From: Piromyces finnis finn
Taxonomy: Eukaryota; Fungi; Neocallimastigomycota
Reading direction: 5' to 3'
NCBI GenBank assembly: GCA_002104945.1
Contig: MCFH01000039.1
Span: 310,001 to 374,000 of the forward strand
Length of the DNA stretch: 64,000 bases
Both the position numbers and the translations under genes were made by a program. Under the pieces are notes generated by a model. The model did not search any database. It was given only the letters and a program-made list of their open reading frames with translations, and was not told where the DNA came from. Positions 13,306-26,651 of this stretch are shown here, piece by piece. Each line of letters opens with the position of its first letter. Within the stretch, counting starts at the first letter, position 1.

Positions 13306-14097
13306 TTAACATTTGGATTCATCAATTAAACACCAATCACCATTTTCAACACTCCATTTACCATCACTATCAATAGTTACTACATAACAAGATTGTTCAC
13401 AACATGGATATCCTTGAGCAGAACAACTGGCATTACTTTTACCACAATCTTTTGAAAGACCGCACCAATTACCATTTTCAATACCCCAATCACCATCACT
13501 GTCTGAATCAATAACAGTGGTACATGTAGAACAACATGGATAGCCTAATGCTTTTGACCAACAAGAAGAAGAAGAATTACTTGAACTTTGTCCATTAGTA
13601 CTTGGAGTAGTGGCATCGGCAGATATAAAAGTCCAGGATTGATTATCCTTACCTCCATCAGTCCATTGACATACATTCGTACCATCAGCAGTTCTTTCAC
13701 CTTCAATATCAAGTGCTTTACTTCCATTACTTGCTTGAGTATCAATAACATAAACACCGGATGGATAAGTTTCCCTAATAATAAACTTTTGAGCTTCGCC
13801 TCCGTGAAGTGGATAAATTTGGATATTAGCACCATTATCACCGAGACCTCTGTCAACATCTAAAGCATAATCACCTAATTCACTAATGATATAAACTGTA
13901 CCATCACTATTATTACTGATCTTCCATTTTTGTTTGGTTGAACCAATTTCAACATTTTGAGCATTAGCTCCTATACCATCCTTGACAACAAGATACTTGT
14001 TTGAAGATACACTCTTGATATAATAATTACCATCCTTTATTTCACCACTACTAGCATTTTGGTTTTGGTTTTGATCTTGGTTTTGATGACTACTTGA

Positions 14098-14136
<39 letters not shown>

Positions 14137-15786
14137 AGATGGGGTGGAACTTTCATAGGCAATATTACCTTGGTTCCACTTTTCACGTTCATATTTAATG
14201 AAATCAAAATCGGCATAACCACCAGTATTTTTAGTTGGATAACTAAAAAGACCACTTCTGTAACCAGTAAAAAGTTTAAGATCATAGGTCATACCAATTT
14301 CTTTACCAATCTTGGTCCATTGACTACCATCATAAGAATAGTAAAAGTTAACCTTATCAATATTCCATGAAGCACTACCATCACTTTCAACATTACTAAA
14401 ACGGAAATCTAATTTGAGATAAATTTCATTACCATTTAATTTGGTTTCTTGAACAATATTATTTCTACTGTCTTTGATGTCTTTATTATCACCCATACCA
14501 CCGTTATTAGACATAAAGATACGCTTTTCACCATTATCAGCAACATAAACACCAACATTACCATAGTTATATTGGAAAGCGGAAAGACCAGCATAATCAC
14601 CAACCTTTAAATTGGTAACATCTAATTTAACAACACTACTACAGGCGGGACCTTCAGTACGCATAGTAAGAGTATTTCTAGCTTTAAGAATATCTGAAGC
14701 AATAATTTTGTTCTTAAGTCTTAACCAACCTGAACGTTCAGTAACAGACCAAGCAGTATTATCTGGGTTATGATTCCATTGCCATACTAAATCTAATTTA
14801 TTGCTACTATAATCAAAATCATCACTTTTAGCAAGTCTACTACCTTGGAAACCACCATCAATTTGGAAGGTAAGTGGAGCTTTACCATTAACACCCATCA
14901 TTGGCCATCCATTTTGCCAATTAACTGGAACAAGAACTGGAATTCTACCAACAGCACCATGATCTTGGAATAATAAACCATACCATTTACCGTCTGGTGT
15001 ATCAACAATACCACCTTGAGCAACACCACTACCATAGGAACCTAAACCGGATTCTAAAACAGTTTTGTTTTCATAATATCCAGTAAGATCCTTACTACGG
15101 TAACAAATTTCAATACGACCTTTACCACTTGGCCAAGCAATAATAAAGACATAGTAATAACCATTTATCTTTTGAATGTGAGATCCTTCACCAGCAAGTC
15201 CAGAAAGATTTGTTTTAAATAAGGTTTTATCAACACCACCCCATTTAAAATCGGTCATTTCAGAATTAAATTCCTTAATTTTAATTTCACCACCACCTCC
15301 ATAAACAAGATAATTTCTACCATCATCGTCAAAAAGAAGGGAAGCATCATGATACATACCACCAATTTCAGTACGATCCCATTTACCACTTTCAATATTT
15401 TTTGTCTTAAAAATATATGATTTATTTGTACCATAACTACCAAAGAAAACATAGAAAGTTCCTTTATGATAACGTAAACTAGCAGCCCATGAACCATGAG
15501 AATAGTCATGTTGACCTCTTGATAAAGTTTGAACATCACCACTAGCTAAGATATCATAAGTATAAGTAACAATTTCCCATGATACAAGATCCTTTGACTT
15601 CATAATTGGAGCTCCTGGAGTGAAATACATGGTAGTACTTACCATATAATAGGTATCATCAACTCTAATAATATCTGGATCTGGAACATCAGCCCAGATA
15701 ACTGGATTACGTATAGTAGAAGCAGCAGTTGCTACTCCTAACATAAATAAGGTGATAAATAATTTTATAAATTTGAAATATTCCAT
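13306..15786 (-). CDS. Secreted cellulosomal GH43 beta-xylosidase/alpha-L-arabinofuranosidase: GH43 + C-terminal beta-sandwich + ricin-type CBM13 + 2 fungal dockerins (CBM10-like)
   Basis: Signal peptide; NPVIWADVPDPDIIRVDDTYY and EGSH GH43 motifs; WQWNHNP C-domain; poly-Asn linker; QxW ricin repeats; two CWS/C..GYPCC...WGIENGNWC-type dockerins; intronless, 826 aa. Confidence 0.93.
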
Positions 15787-18275
15787 TGTGTATTTATCTG
15801 TTTTGTTTTTGTTTTTGTTTTATTGGTATATATACATTAATAAATATATGGATTGTTGTTTTTGTGTATAAATATCAAAATTTTTATTTTTATTTTTATA
15901 TTATATATCAAATATAATATTTTTTTCCTTGGATGAATTAATAAATTTGAAATTATCAAACTTATTAAATGACTTCTTCTATAATTTCTTTTTTTTTTTT
16001 TTAATAATAAAATAAAAACCTTTATAAAATATTTTTAAATGTTTTAGTTATATATACAACAATAATTATTATTAAAGGATTATTATTTAAAAAAAAAAAA
16101 AATTAAAGGTTTAAACAAGGTAAAAGGGAAACTATTTTGGTATAAATATAAATATCAAAATTATTAATAATTTTTTTTTTGACCATTTTAATATAAAGAT
16201 AATATTAATTATAATTTATTTTATTTTATTTATTTAATAAATAATTAATAAAAATGTATTATTAACATTTTTGTATTAACGAATAAGAGAATGAAATAAT
16301 ATATTATCAATATTGATCATTGTATACAATAAAATTTTTTAATAAACGAATTTTACTTATAATTTAATAAGAATTTGATACAACTTTAAATTTATATTAA
16401 AATATTTTTAACCAATAAATTTAATATCTCATCAAATTATTTAAATTAATTTTTGTAAATGATAATTAATAAAAAAACTTTATTAATTATGAAATAATTA
16501 AAAATTTAATATAATGATCTTCAAAAAAAATAAAAAAAAGGAATTTTTTGGGAAAATCTTTTGTATCATCCTAATTTAATTATAAATTAAAGTTTAATTA
16601 TTAATCACTTTAAAAATTTTAATAATTATAAAAAGTTTAATTTATATTATTTAATTTAATTTATTAATAATTATTATAGATTAAAAATTATAAAAAAACT
16701 TTTTATAAAAATTATACATTCTTTACTTTCCATCTTAATCAATTTAATAAAGTGAGATATTTTCATATAACAAAAAAAAAGTTTATTATGTAAAATTAAG
16801 TAACAGCAATAAAACAAAAAAAGATGAAAAAGAAATAATTAAAGAATTTACAATAGATGATGATAAATAAATTAGGTAAATATATATATACATATATACT
16901 ATTTCAAATATAAAAATTAAAGATTATAAAAAATGTAAAAAAAAAAAAATTTCCGTAATTATCTTTCAATTATTGTACAAATCCTTACCCTAAAAATTAA
17001 ATGATACAAAATGTAAATGTAAATTAAAAATAAATAGTTGTGTAACTTATTTTAATAATAAAATTTTATTACTTAATGATTCATTCTCCATTCACTCGTC
17101 AGGAGGATTAAAAATTTTGTGAATGTCCTCAACAATCAAAAACTTTATTTAAATATAAAATTTAATAATTTTAATAATTTTTTAATTTATTAATTACACA
17201 TTTTATTTATATTTTATTTATGCTTACTTTTAATTTATTTTAATTAATTATTATTAAAATAGTATTCTTCTTTCTTTGGCATTATTATTAAATTCATTGT
17301 AGTATTTATTGTAATTTTATTATTACCTTTTTATGTGATATAAAAATAATGCTAATATTAAAATCTAGGGTAAAAAAATAGTTTAAGACTTTTCTTTAAA
17401 TTGGTGGTAGTGTTGGTTGGTAAATAAATAATATACAAATGGTGGTTGGTGGTAAATAAATAATATACAACTGCTACATAATTTAATAATTATATAATTT
17501 GTTACATTTGTTTTATTGTATTTGTTTTGTGTGAAAAGAAATCAGAAAAAAAAGATGTGAGAATTTCCCAGTTACTAAGCAAAAAATAAATTAAATTTAA
17601 TTTAAAGAAAAAAAAGTTAATATTTATATTATAAAAACATTTACTATGAAATAACGTTTTTAATTTAAATTAATCTAATTCTACAATATCTTTTGTATTT
17701 TGACGGTCGGTGTCAATATGGTCAAATTGTTGAAGAATAATAAGTTTATATGAAGAATAAAACGTAAAGGTACAAATAATGATAGTTAAAAAATTATTAT
17801 GAAATTAAACAATGCTAAAATAAAATAATTAGATTTATGTTTAATTTATACTTATCCTATTAAGAATTTACATAGACCACTTTCATTATTTTATGGTTAA
17901 TTTCCTTTCTTTTGATCAATTTATTTTTAAAGGTATAACACCTTATTACCTAGTTATTTCTTTAAAAAAAAATAGTTTTTGTTTAATACATGTAATTACT
18001 ATTATTCTTAACTCTGAGTCACTTGAAACTTCACTCTTTTTAATATAAGATTCGTTTTTTTTTTTCATTATTAAATATAAATTTACACGAAAAATAAAAA
18101 AGTATAAACTTTATTTATTAATACATTCATCTATATAATGAAATGAATATATCAAAATTTAACAAAAATCTTTTTTTATATATATATATATAATCTTTTT
18201 ACACAAATAAACAATGATGAACTAATTTTCATTAATTTAAAAAAAACGGAATCAAAAATATAATTATAAAATGAT

Positions 18276-18347
18276 TGCCAACTGACGGAATTGAACCACC
18301 GACCTTCGCTTTACAAGAGCGACGCTCTACCACTAAGCCAAGCTGGC
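18276..18347 (-). tRNA. tRNA-Thr(TGT)
   Basis: Reverse complement GCCAGCT...AGTTGGC-A folds as a cloverleaf: anticodon arm TCGCT-CT-TGT-AA-AGCGA, T-loop TTCAATT, and a T-run terminator downstream. Confidence 0.95.
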
Positions 18348-18362
18348 AATTAATTATTCTTT

Positions 18363-18984
18363 TGATAACGGATTGGTAGTTATATTACAACTTTTTAACT
18401 ACTTCTTCTGTTATCTTATATTGTTTTATCTCGACAGCTATTGTACGAGCTTTAACAATATCTACTAGTTTTATTAATTTATTTTAAGCTATTTTATAGT
18501 TTTAATAGTTTTATTATTTAATAATATTTATATAGAATAATAACACCAGATTTATTCTATAAAATATTATTTATTATTAACACAATAATTACAAATTAGA
18601 CAAGTTTAATTTCGTTTTTATATTTTCTTTTATTTATTGTTCTTACGCTCTTTTTAACAATAATTTTTATTATATAAAAAACTTATTTTTGTCTTTTTAA
18701 ATATTATTATGTATTCACTAATTAATTATATTAACTATTATTAAAATTTAACTTATTATTAATAATCTAAGTCTTCTCATTTTCTACTAAAAATTATTAT
18801 TATTCTTTATATTAAAAATTATTTTTATAATTTAACCCAATCAAATATATAAATTTATAAAATATTTGATTTTATGTAAATTATATTTTTATAATAAACT
18901 ATATAAAATTATTTAATAATTATTTTATAATAAAATTTTCTACTAATATCAAATTTATAATATATTTATAATTATTATTTATCA
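18363..18984 (-). repeat. 3' LTR of element A
   Basis: Identical by eye to 28416-29037; PPT AGGGGAGGAAA (minus strand) just inside at about 18988-18998. Confidence 0.92.
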
Positions 18985-19096
18985 AGATTTCCTCCCCTAA
19001 GATACGACTTAGTGGTAGCTGATAAAAGTATTCATAAATAATAATAAATATATAAGTTTTTGATATTTTTATACTAAATATTTAAAAATTTAAATT

Positions 19097-19131
<35 letters not shown>

Positions 19132-19338
19132 TATATGATAAAAATAATATAAAATAAAGTTTATAAAAAAAATGATGAAAAATTTGAAAATTTTTATTAA
19201 TAAAATTTTTTTTTCAAAGAGAAATAAAAAAAATGAAGTGAAATTTTGTTAAATGTCGTAGTGTAAATATTTTTGTGTTTTTATATATTTTTGTAATGTA
19301 ATTGTCGTATTATTTGTATATAAATGTTTAATGTGGTT

Positions 19339-20517
19339 TTATCTTTCTTTAAACTTTGAAAATAGATGAAATTTTGATTTTAATATGTCGAAATAATGTC
19401 GTTTTAAAATTGAAGTTACTGATTTGATATAATCTTTTAGATTGAAAATAATTGAATTTGAAATACTTTCTTTTACACTTTTTATTATACTGAAATATAT
19501 ATTCTTAAACGAATTATTTGATGAATTTTTGATTATATCATTTTGTTTATTTCGCTTTTTTCTTGATTTTAATTTCCTGTTAATATTAATATTCAAATGA
19601 TTATATTTTAGAATTTTACTTTTATTTTTATATATCTTGATTTTGTGGCATTTTTCGTGAATAATTGGCGTTTTTTCTGCTTCATCACGGCCGACAAGAT
19701 TTGACTTATTAATTGAAAATTTAATAAGTGAATCGTTTTTAATTCTTTTTGGAAATTTGCTGAAATTTGAATGAAAAATGTGATATTTTGGATAAAAATA
19801 TTTATTTTTAAATTTGAATAAATGTCGAAATTTAATTGAATATAAAAGTTTGTTTTTATTGTTAAAAGTCGAATTAAAATTTTGAATTTTGATATTATTA
19901 TTAAATGAATTAAATTGAGATTCATTAATATTTGATGGATTGAAACAATGAATCATTGAAATATTTGAAAGATTATTTTTATTTTGTTTAAAATTTGAGG
20001 GACGAGCAACCATAATAGGAGATGAATTAGTTTTCATGTAGAGAGAGTCATCATCAGGATCAATGTATAATCGGTGATTCTTTTGAGATTGACGACCTAA
20101 TATAATATCATAACATGAATCTTCATCTTCTAGAATCCAGAATAATGCATAGATTTTTAAATCACCAAATTTAAGAGTTAAATTAACAGCTTGATTTGTT
20201 GAAATAACTTGTTTGCTAGCTAATTTAAAGAAAGTTCTCTTAAAATGTGTAATATTATGATTTGCTGATATTAAATTAAAGAAGGATTTAGTAATAACAT
20301 TAACATCAGAACCAGTATCTACTAAAACTCGGACAATGTTATTATCAATTGAGCCAATGACAGAAGCAATGTTGATTTTATTAATGACATTAATTTCGTT
20401 ATCTGCTATATTGATAATATCATCATCATTGTCATTATCAGCATCATCATTGTTTTCATTATTTTTATTATTATAATTTTCATTAATGATATTAATAAAT
20501 GAATTAATATCATCATC
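19339..20517 (-). CDS. Element A -1-frame ORF, C-terminal part: retroviral-type aspartic protease plus basic Lys/Asn-rich tail
   Basis: In frame with the upstream part once the insert and one TSD are removed. VLVDTGS and YDIILGR motifs; no stop until 19339. Confidence 0.85.
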   Translation of the reverse strand, partial: DDDINSFINIINENYNNKNNENNDDADNDNDDDIINIADNEINVINKINIASVIGSIDNNIVRVLVDTGSDVNVITKSFFNLISANHNITHFKRTFFKLASKQVISTNQAVNLTLKFGDLKIYALFWILEDEDSCYDIILGRQSQKNHRLYIDPDDDSLYMKTNSSPIMVARPSNFKQNKNNLSNISMIHCFNPSNINESQFNSFNNNIKIQNFNSTFNNKNKLLYSIKFRHLFKFKNKYFYPKYHIFHSNFSKFPKRIKNDSLIKFSINKSNLVGRDEAEKTPIIHEKCHKIKIYKNKSKILKYNHLNININRKLKSRKKRNKQNDIIKNSSNNSFKNIYFSIIKSVKESISNSIIFNLKDYIKSVTSILKRHYFDILKSKFHLFSKFKER

Positions 20518-20522
20518 ATTAA

Positions 20523-21029
20523 TGTAAAGAACTAATGTTCAATAAATAAAAACACAAATATATAAAAAGGAAAATAATAAAAGCAAATAAAAATTTTATT
20601 ATTGAACACTTAACAAAATTATAACAGGTTAGTGTTTAATAATTTTATTTTTATTATAAAATTTCTTTGTTAATAAAAACTCGAATTCAAAATAATTTTT
20701 TGAGAAATTTCACTCGTATTTATATAAATGTTTTTAAAAGTAAATTTATAAAAATTTTACAACTTAATTTTTTAAGCCAATCAGAAATTATCTTCTTTGG
20801 TAAAATTTCGTTATAAAATATTTTAATAATTAAAAAAAAGATATTAATGAGGTTTCGAACTCGAGTAGTTCAAACCAAGGTCTTAGTTACTAACCACTAA
20901 GACAGGTTACTAATTTCTATGATTCGTTACATGGTCCTCCTCCAGGATTCGGATACCAGACGAATCAACTAAATTTATTTGTTACTTTATTATAAAAGAA
21001 ATAATTGAAACGAGTGAATACATTTTGAA

Positions 21030-21073
<44 letters not shown>

Positions 21074-24000
21074 TGAATATTAAATTATAAATATATTTTT
21101 TCATTTTCTATTTTCTATTTTCTATTCTCTTTTTCTCTTATCAATTACTAATTTTTTTTTAAATTAATAACTATTACTAATGTGAATTATTAAAGTTTTT
21201 AATTAGTTCATCGCAGTTTAAATTACTTTCAGGTTCCCAAGATGCTTCTGAAAGCGGATAACCTTTCCATTTTATTAGATATTGAATCTTCCCATAATGC
21301 TTTCTTTTATCAAGTATTTCTTCTACTTCGTATTCTTCTTCTTCATTTACTATTATAGGTGGAGGTGGATCTTTGATTCTTCCAAAACTATCTTCATAAT
21401 ACGGTTCTAGGTTTGAAACATGAACAATTGGGTAAATCTTCAGCGATTTTGGTAATTCTAATTTATAAGTGAGATTAGAGATTTTACTAATTATCCTAAA
21501 CGGGCCAAGTTTCCTAGGATTAAATTTTTTATTTCCTTTATGAATTATCAAGGAGCTATCCAATCATACTTTGTCACCAGTCTTGAATGTCGGAGGTTCT
21601 TGTCTATACTTGTCGGCATATTTCTTTTGAACTTGGATGGCCTTCTTTAAGTTTTCTTTTAGTTTCTCCATTAGGTCTTCAAAGTCTCTTGTAAACTCTT
21701 CAGCTCTTGGAACATTCGTTTGGTCAGGAATTACCGGAGAGTATTTTGGGTGATAACCATAATTTAGGAAGAATGGTGAGAATTTTGTTGAGTCTTGAAC
21801 AGCATTATTGTAACTGAATTCTGCCAATGGAAGAAAGTTGATCCAGTTTGTTCCTTTATAATTAGAAAAGCATCTTAAATATTGTTCAACAACGGAGTTT
21901 ACCCTCTCCGTTTGGCCATTGGATTGATGATGATATGGTGAAGAATATTTAACATTGACGTCCAAAGATTGACAAATAGATTTCCAAAATTTCGAAGTGA
22001 ATTGCGCGCCTCTATCGGAAATAATTTCAGAGGGGAGACCGTGAATTTTGAAAATATAATTCAAAAAAGCAAAAGCAGTATCAGAAGCAGAAGGAATACC
22101 TTTAAAGGGAATGAGGTGGCACATTTTAGTAAGGCGGTCAACTACAACAAGAATAGTGTTAAATCCATCCGAAGGAGGGAGGTCAGTAATGAAATCCATA
22201 GAAATAGAAGCCCAAGGATGGTCACTAATCTCAAGGGGTTGAAGTAAACCATATGGTTTATGACGAGAAGGCTTGGAGCGGCAACAAATCTCGCAAGATC
22301 GGATATAATTCTTAACATCAATAGAAATGGATGGCCACCAAAAGTCACGAGAGATCAAAGAAATAGTTTTGCGGATACCAAAATGACCGGCAGAGGGGGA
22401 ATCATGACAGAGTTTCAAAACGGAGGGACGGCATTTTAAAGGGACATAGATTCTACTATCAAAAAGAAGAAAACTATTACTAAGGGAGAATTTATTACTT
22501 TGTGGATGTGGAGCTGGGAGATTCTTATTTTCAAGAAAATTGCAAATGTCAATGTAAAAAGAGTCGTTCACATATTCAGATAATATTTCATCATTAAGAG
22601 AAGAAATGGAACAAATCAAAGCGCAGAAATTCTCAGGGCGTAAAACCGAAAAAGGAGCATCAGAAGGAAGAGAGGAATCCATATAATCAGGTCTTCGTGA
22701 AAGCGCATCAGGTTTACCATTAGATGAACCAGAGCGGTAGAGAATTTTAAAGTTAAATTCGGAAAGGAAAAGGGCCCAACGAACAAGACGTTGTGACATT
22801 TTTTCCGGTTTCTTTTGATATAGTAAGTTTCGATGATCTGAATAAATAGTAAACGGGGTTAAAGCACCTTTGAGAAAATGTCGCCAAGTTTCAAGAGCAT
22901 TAACAATAGCTAAAAGTTCTTTATCGTATATAGGATAGTTTCTTTCAGCGGAAGTAAGAGATCTTGAATAGAAAGCGACAGGATGGATCATTTTATCATC
23001 AGGAGATTTTTGAGACAGAACTGCTCCTATAGCAAAGTTGCTAGAGTCGGTTTCAACAATAAAGGGAAGATCACGATTTGGGTGAGACAGGATGGGAGCA
23101 GATGAAATTAATGATTTAATGGTATTAAATGCATCAAGAGCTTCAGAGGAAAAATCAAATTTAACGTTTTTACGAAGTAGTCTGTGAAGGGGTTGTGCAA
23201 CTTTGGCAAAATTAGGAATAAACCGACGATAGTAGTTGGCTAGGCCAATAAAAGATTGAACTTCCTTGACACTGGACGGAACTGGCCAATTAATAATAGC
23301 AGAAACTTTATTGGGGTCCATATGTATACCTTCAGAGGATATCCGATGACCAAGGAAATCAATAGAGGAAACAAAGAATTCACACTTTTCAAGCTTAGCA
23401 TAAAGACCAGCATTTCTTAAGCGATCCAGGACTTCGATAACGTGCTTAATGTGGGATTTATGGTTTTCAGAAAAAATAATTAAATCGTCAATATATGAAT
23501 AAACAAAAATCCCTAGAATATTTTCCAGAACATCATTGATAAAATGCTGAAAAACAGCCGGGGCGTTTTTCAGTCCGAATGGCATTACCAGGTATTCAAA
23601 GTGGCCGAATTTGCAGGTGAAAGCTGTTTTATATTCATCACCCTTTTTGATTCGGACCAAATTATATGCTGATCGTAAATCCAATTTTGAGAAGATTTTC
23701 GCTTTACCAAGATGCTCTAGCATATCTTGAATCAGAGGTAGAGGATAGGAATCTCTAATGGTAATTTTGTTGAGTTCCCTATAATCTTGACAAAGACGGA
23801 GTTCACCATTCTTTTTAGGAACGAAAAGTACAGGCGCACCAGCAGGAGATTTGGATTTCCTAATGAAACCCTTTTTGAGGTTTTCATCGATATAATCCTT
23901 CAAAACTCTTGTTTCTTCGTCTGTTAGTGGGTAGATTGGTCCATAAAATAGCTTGGCATTTTCGATTAGGTTTATTTGGCAATCATAAGGACGATGAGGT

Positions 24001-26651
24001 GGTAATTGAGCAGCAGAAGATTCGCTAAAGACGTCCATATATGATTCTAATTCCTTCGGAAGTTTAGTAGTAGGATTTGAGTCTTTAAAAGAGTTTTTTG
24101 GTGAACAAGAATCAACTTTAGAAAGAGATATATTAGAAGCCATGACAGTACAAGTCTCTTGTGATAAAGGATCGTTAACAGATTCATTGTTAATTAAGAC
24201 AGATTTAGAACGATTTTCTTTGGGATTACGAGAATGAGATAACTTAGAATTTGAAAAAGAAGATTTAGGTTTGTCAATAAAAATAGGCAAAGAAACGGAA
24301 GAAGAGTTATTGCAATCAGTAGAAAAAACAGAAGTTTCCTGATGGAATTCGGGAACATTCGAAGGGAGAGTCATACAATGATCCAAGCAATATGAAGAAC
24401 CAAAGGATAATTTATTATTTTCAAAGTCAATACTTGGATTATGTTCCTTAAGCCAACGTAGACCTAGAATACAAGGATATACAGGTAGATCAGTAACGTA
24501 AAAGACAGTACGGCATAGGTGATCCATGTAGCGAAGATTAAGAAGTGGAGTAACTCCGAACAGTTTTTGGCTACCACCAATACCGAATACGTTGGGTAAA
24601 TCTTCTTCATAGTGGTAGGGAATATTGTGATCGTTGCAATAGTCGGCATCTATTAGATTAAGTGTAGAACCGGAGTCTATAAGAATTTTTGTGTCTAGTT
24701 CAAACGATAATTTAAAATTTGAGGTTACCCTATCTTGTTGATTTTTCTTGGAATTGGTAGAATTATTTTGTAGAGAAACTAAAGATTCGAATGCTGAGTT
24801 TTTATTTCTTCTCTTATGACAATCTTTCAGTTGGTGTCCTGGAGATCCACAATAGACACATAAGTTTTCCTTACTTCTTCTTTCTTTTTCTTCCTTGGAT
24901 AACGGACCAAAGTATCTTTTCTTCTTGGGATGTTCTTTTAGATTTGTGGAAGCCTTTCTGGAGCCATTGCTGGAATTAGAACTTGGTCCCTTAGTATTTT
25001 TGTCAAAAAATAATCCCCTGGTAGCAAGTCTGGAGTCTATTCTAGCTGCAATAGTTTGGAGGGAAAACAAATCTCTTGGTCCTGGGAACATCTCTAATAT
25101 CTTCATTGCAACTTCTTGGTTGAGCCCAGCGATAAAAGCATCCATCTTAGCCTCTTCATTCCAGTTAGATTCATCAGAGTATTTGTTAAATTCAAGGATG
25201 TATCCTCTGATGCCGCCCAAACGATGTTGCTTGAGAGTACGTAGCATTTGATTGGCTACGTAGACTGCATCATTGTTCCCGTAGAATGCCTTTAGTCTTT
25301 CCTTGAATGCTTGGTAGTTGGTCAGACATGGATCATGGTTGTCAATAAGCGTAGCGGCCCAATTTAATGCATTTCCATAAAGGCGAGAAATCAGGTAGAT
25401 AACCTTGCTCTCTTCATCTTGATATCTTTCGGGATAAAGGAGAAAAACAAGTTCTATTTTGGCTAAGAAACCTTTGAGATATTTTCTGTCTCCTGCGAAA
25501 CCGTCTTTTAGTGAGGCGTTATCAAATATTTGTCCTTCCATTAAAATTAAAAAAATATAATTGTTTGAAAATAAAAATTATGTAAATAAGATAAAGTTAT
25601 GTTTGAAGAAATTAAGAAAGAAAAAAAAAATTAAATCTTTATTATTATTTATTGATTAAAATATTTTAAATATAGACAAAGAGTCAAATTAAATAGTATT
25701 GGACCATCAAATATTTAATTTTATTAGTATTCAATACTAGGTCCCTTGTAGCTCTTTGTTGATAACGTAGATATTATCAATTGTTAATATTGGAAATGAA
25801 AATTTTCAATAAAAGGAATTAACGGTATTAGTTTCTTTATTGTCACTTACTTAATTAAGCGGAAAGAAAAAAATAGGTTTAATTCCCCGATTATTAATAA
25901 TATCTAAACAACAAAGTATTACGTATAGGTGTCCAACTATCCACGCTAAGGGAGGTATTGAATCCTAACTTCTTTGTTATTTTAATATTTTTTCAAAAAT
26001 AATAAATAAAATTTAATTTTATTTATTAAAAGTAGAAAACGTTTTATTAGAAAATGAATTTTTTCTTTATTATTAAATTAAGCGTCCTGGCGCTCCCCTT
26101 ATAATAACTGTGGGTTTTACTTTTGTTTTCAGTACCCTTATTGTTAAAATAAGCTTCACTGACTTACTTAATTTTTTAATAAATTAAAAATTCTTCCTTT
26201 TTTAAACACTAAGGTGTTATTATATATTTTAGGAGTTTTTATTGTAAAGAACTAATGTTCAATAAATAAAAACACAAATATATAAAAAGGAAAATAATAA
26301 AAGCAAATAAAAATTTTATTATTGAACACTTAACAAAATTATAACAGGTTAGTGTTTAATAATTTTATTTTTATTATAAAATTTCTTTGTTAATAAAAAC
26401 TCGAATTCAAAATAATTTTTTGAGAAATTTCACTCGTATTTATATAAATGTTTTTAAAAGTAAATTTATAAAAATTTTACAACTTAATTTTTTAAGCCAA
26501 TCAGAAATTATCTTCTTTGGTAAAATTTCGTTATAAAATATTTTAATAATTAAAAAAAAGATATTAATGAGGTTTCGAACTCGAGTAGTTCAAACCAAGG
26601 TCTTAGTTACTAACCACTAAGACAGGTTACTAATTTCTATGATTCGTTACA
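20523..26651 (-). mobile_element. Full-length chromovirus (Ty3/Gypsy with chromodomain) nested in element A
   Basis: 409-bp LTRs at 20523-20931 and 26243-26651, identical by eye; 5-bp TSD ATTAA (20518-22 and 26652-56); PPT GGAGGAGGA next to the 3' LTR. Confidence 0.96.
21177..25541 (-). CDS. Chromovirus single-ORF gag-pol (gag, Zn knuckle, PR, RT, RNase H, IN, chromodomain) with one in-frame TGA at 21564-21566
   Basis: CVYCGSPGHQLKDC, LIDSGS, YIDD, ETDSS, HX6H/CX2C, SDRG, LGPFRI, and EEEEYEVEEILDKRK...YLIKWKGY chromodomain. The two supplied ORFs are adjacent in the same frame (GDKV*LDSS). Confidence 0.93.

Noticed and set aside
13545-15542. Small ORFs overlapping the GH43 gene, and similar ones within pol, CEF1 and the PKS
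   Set aside because: Shadow ORFs of long genuine coding frames, with no motifs.
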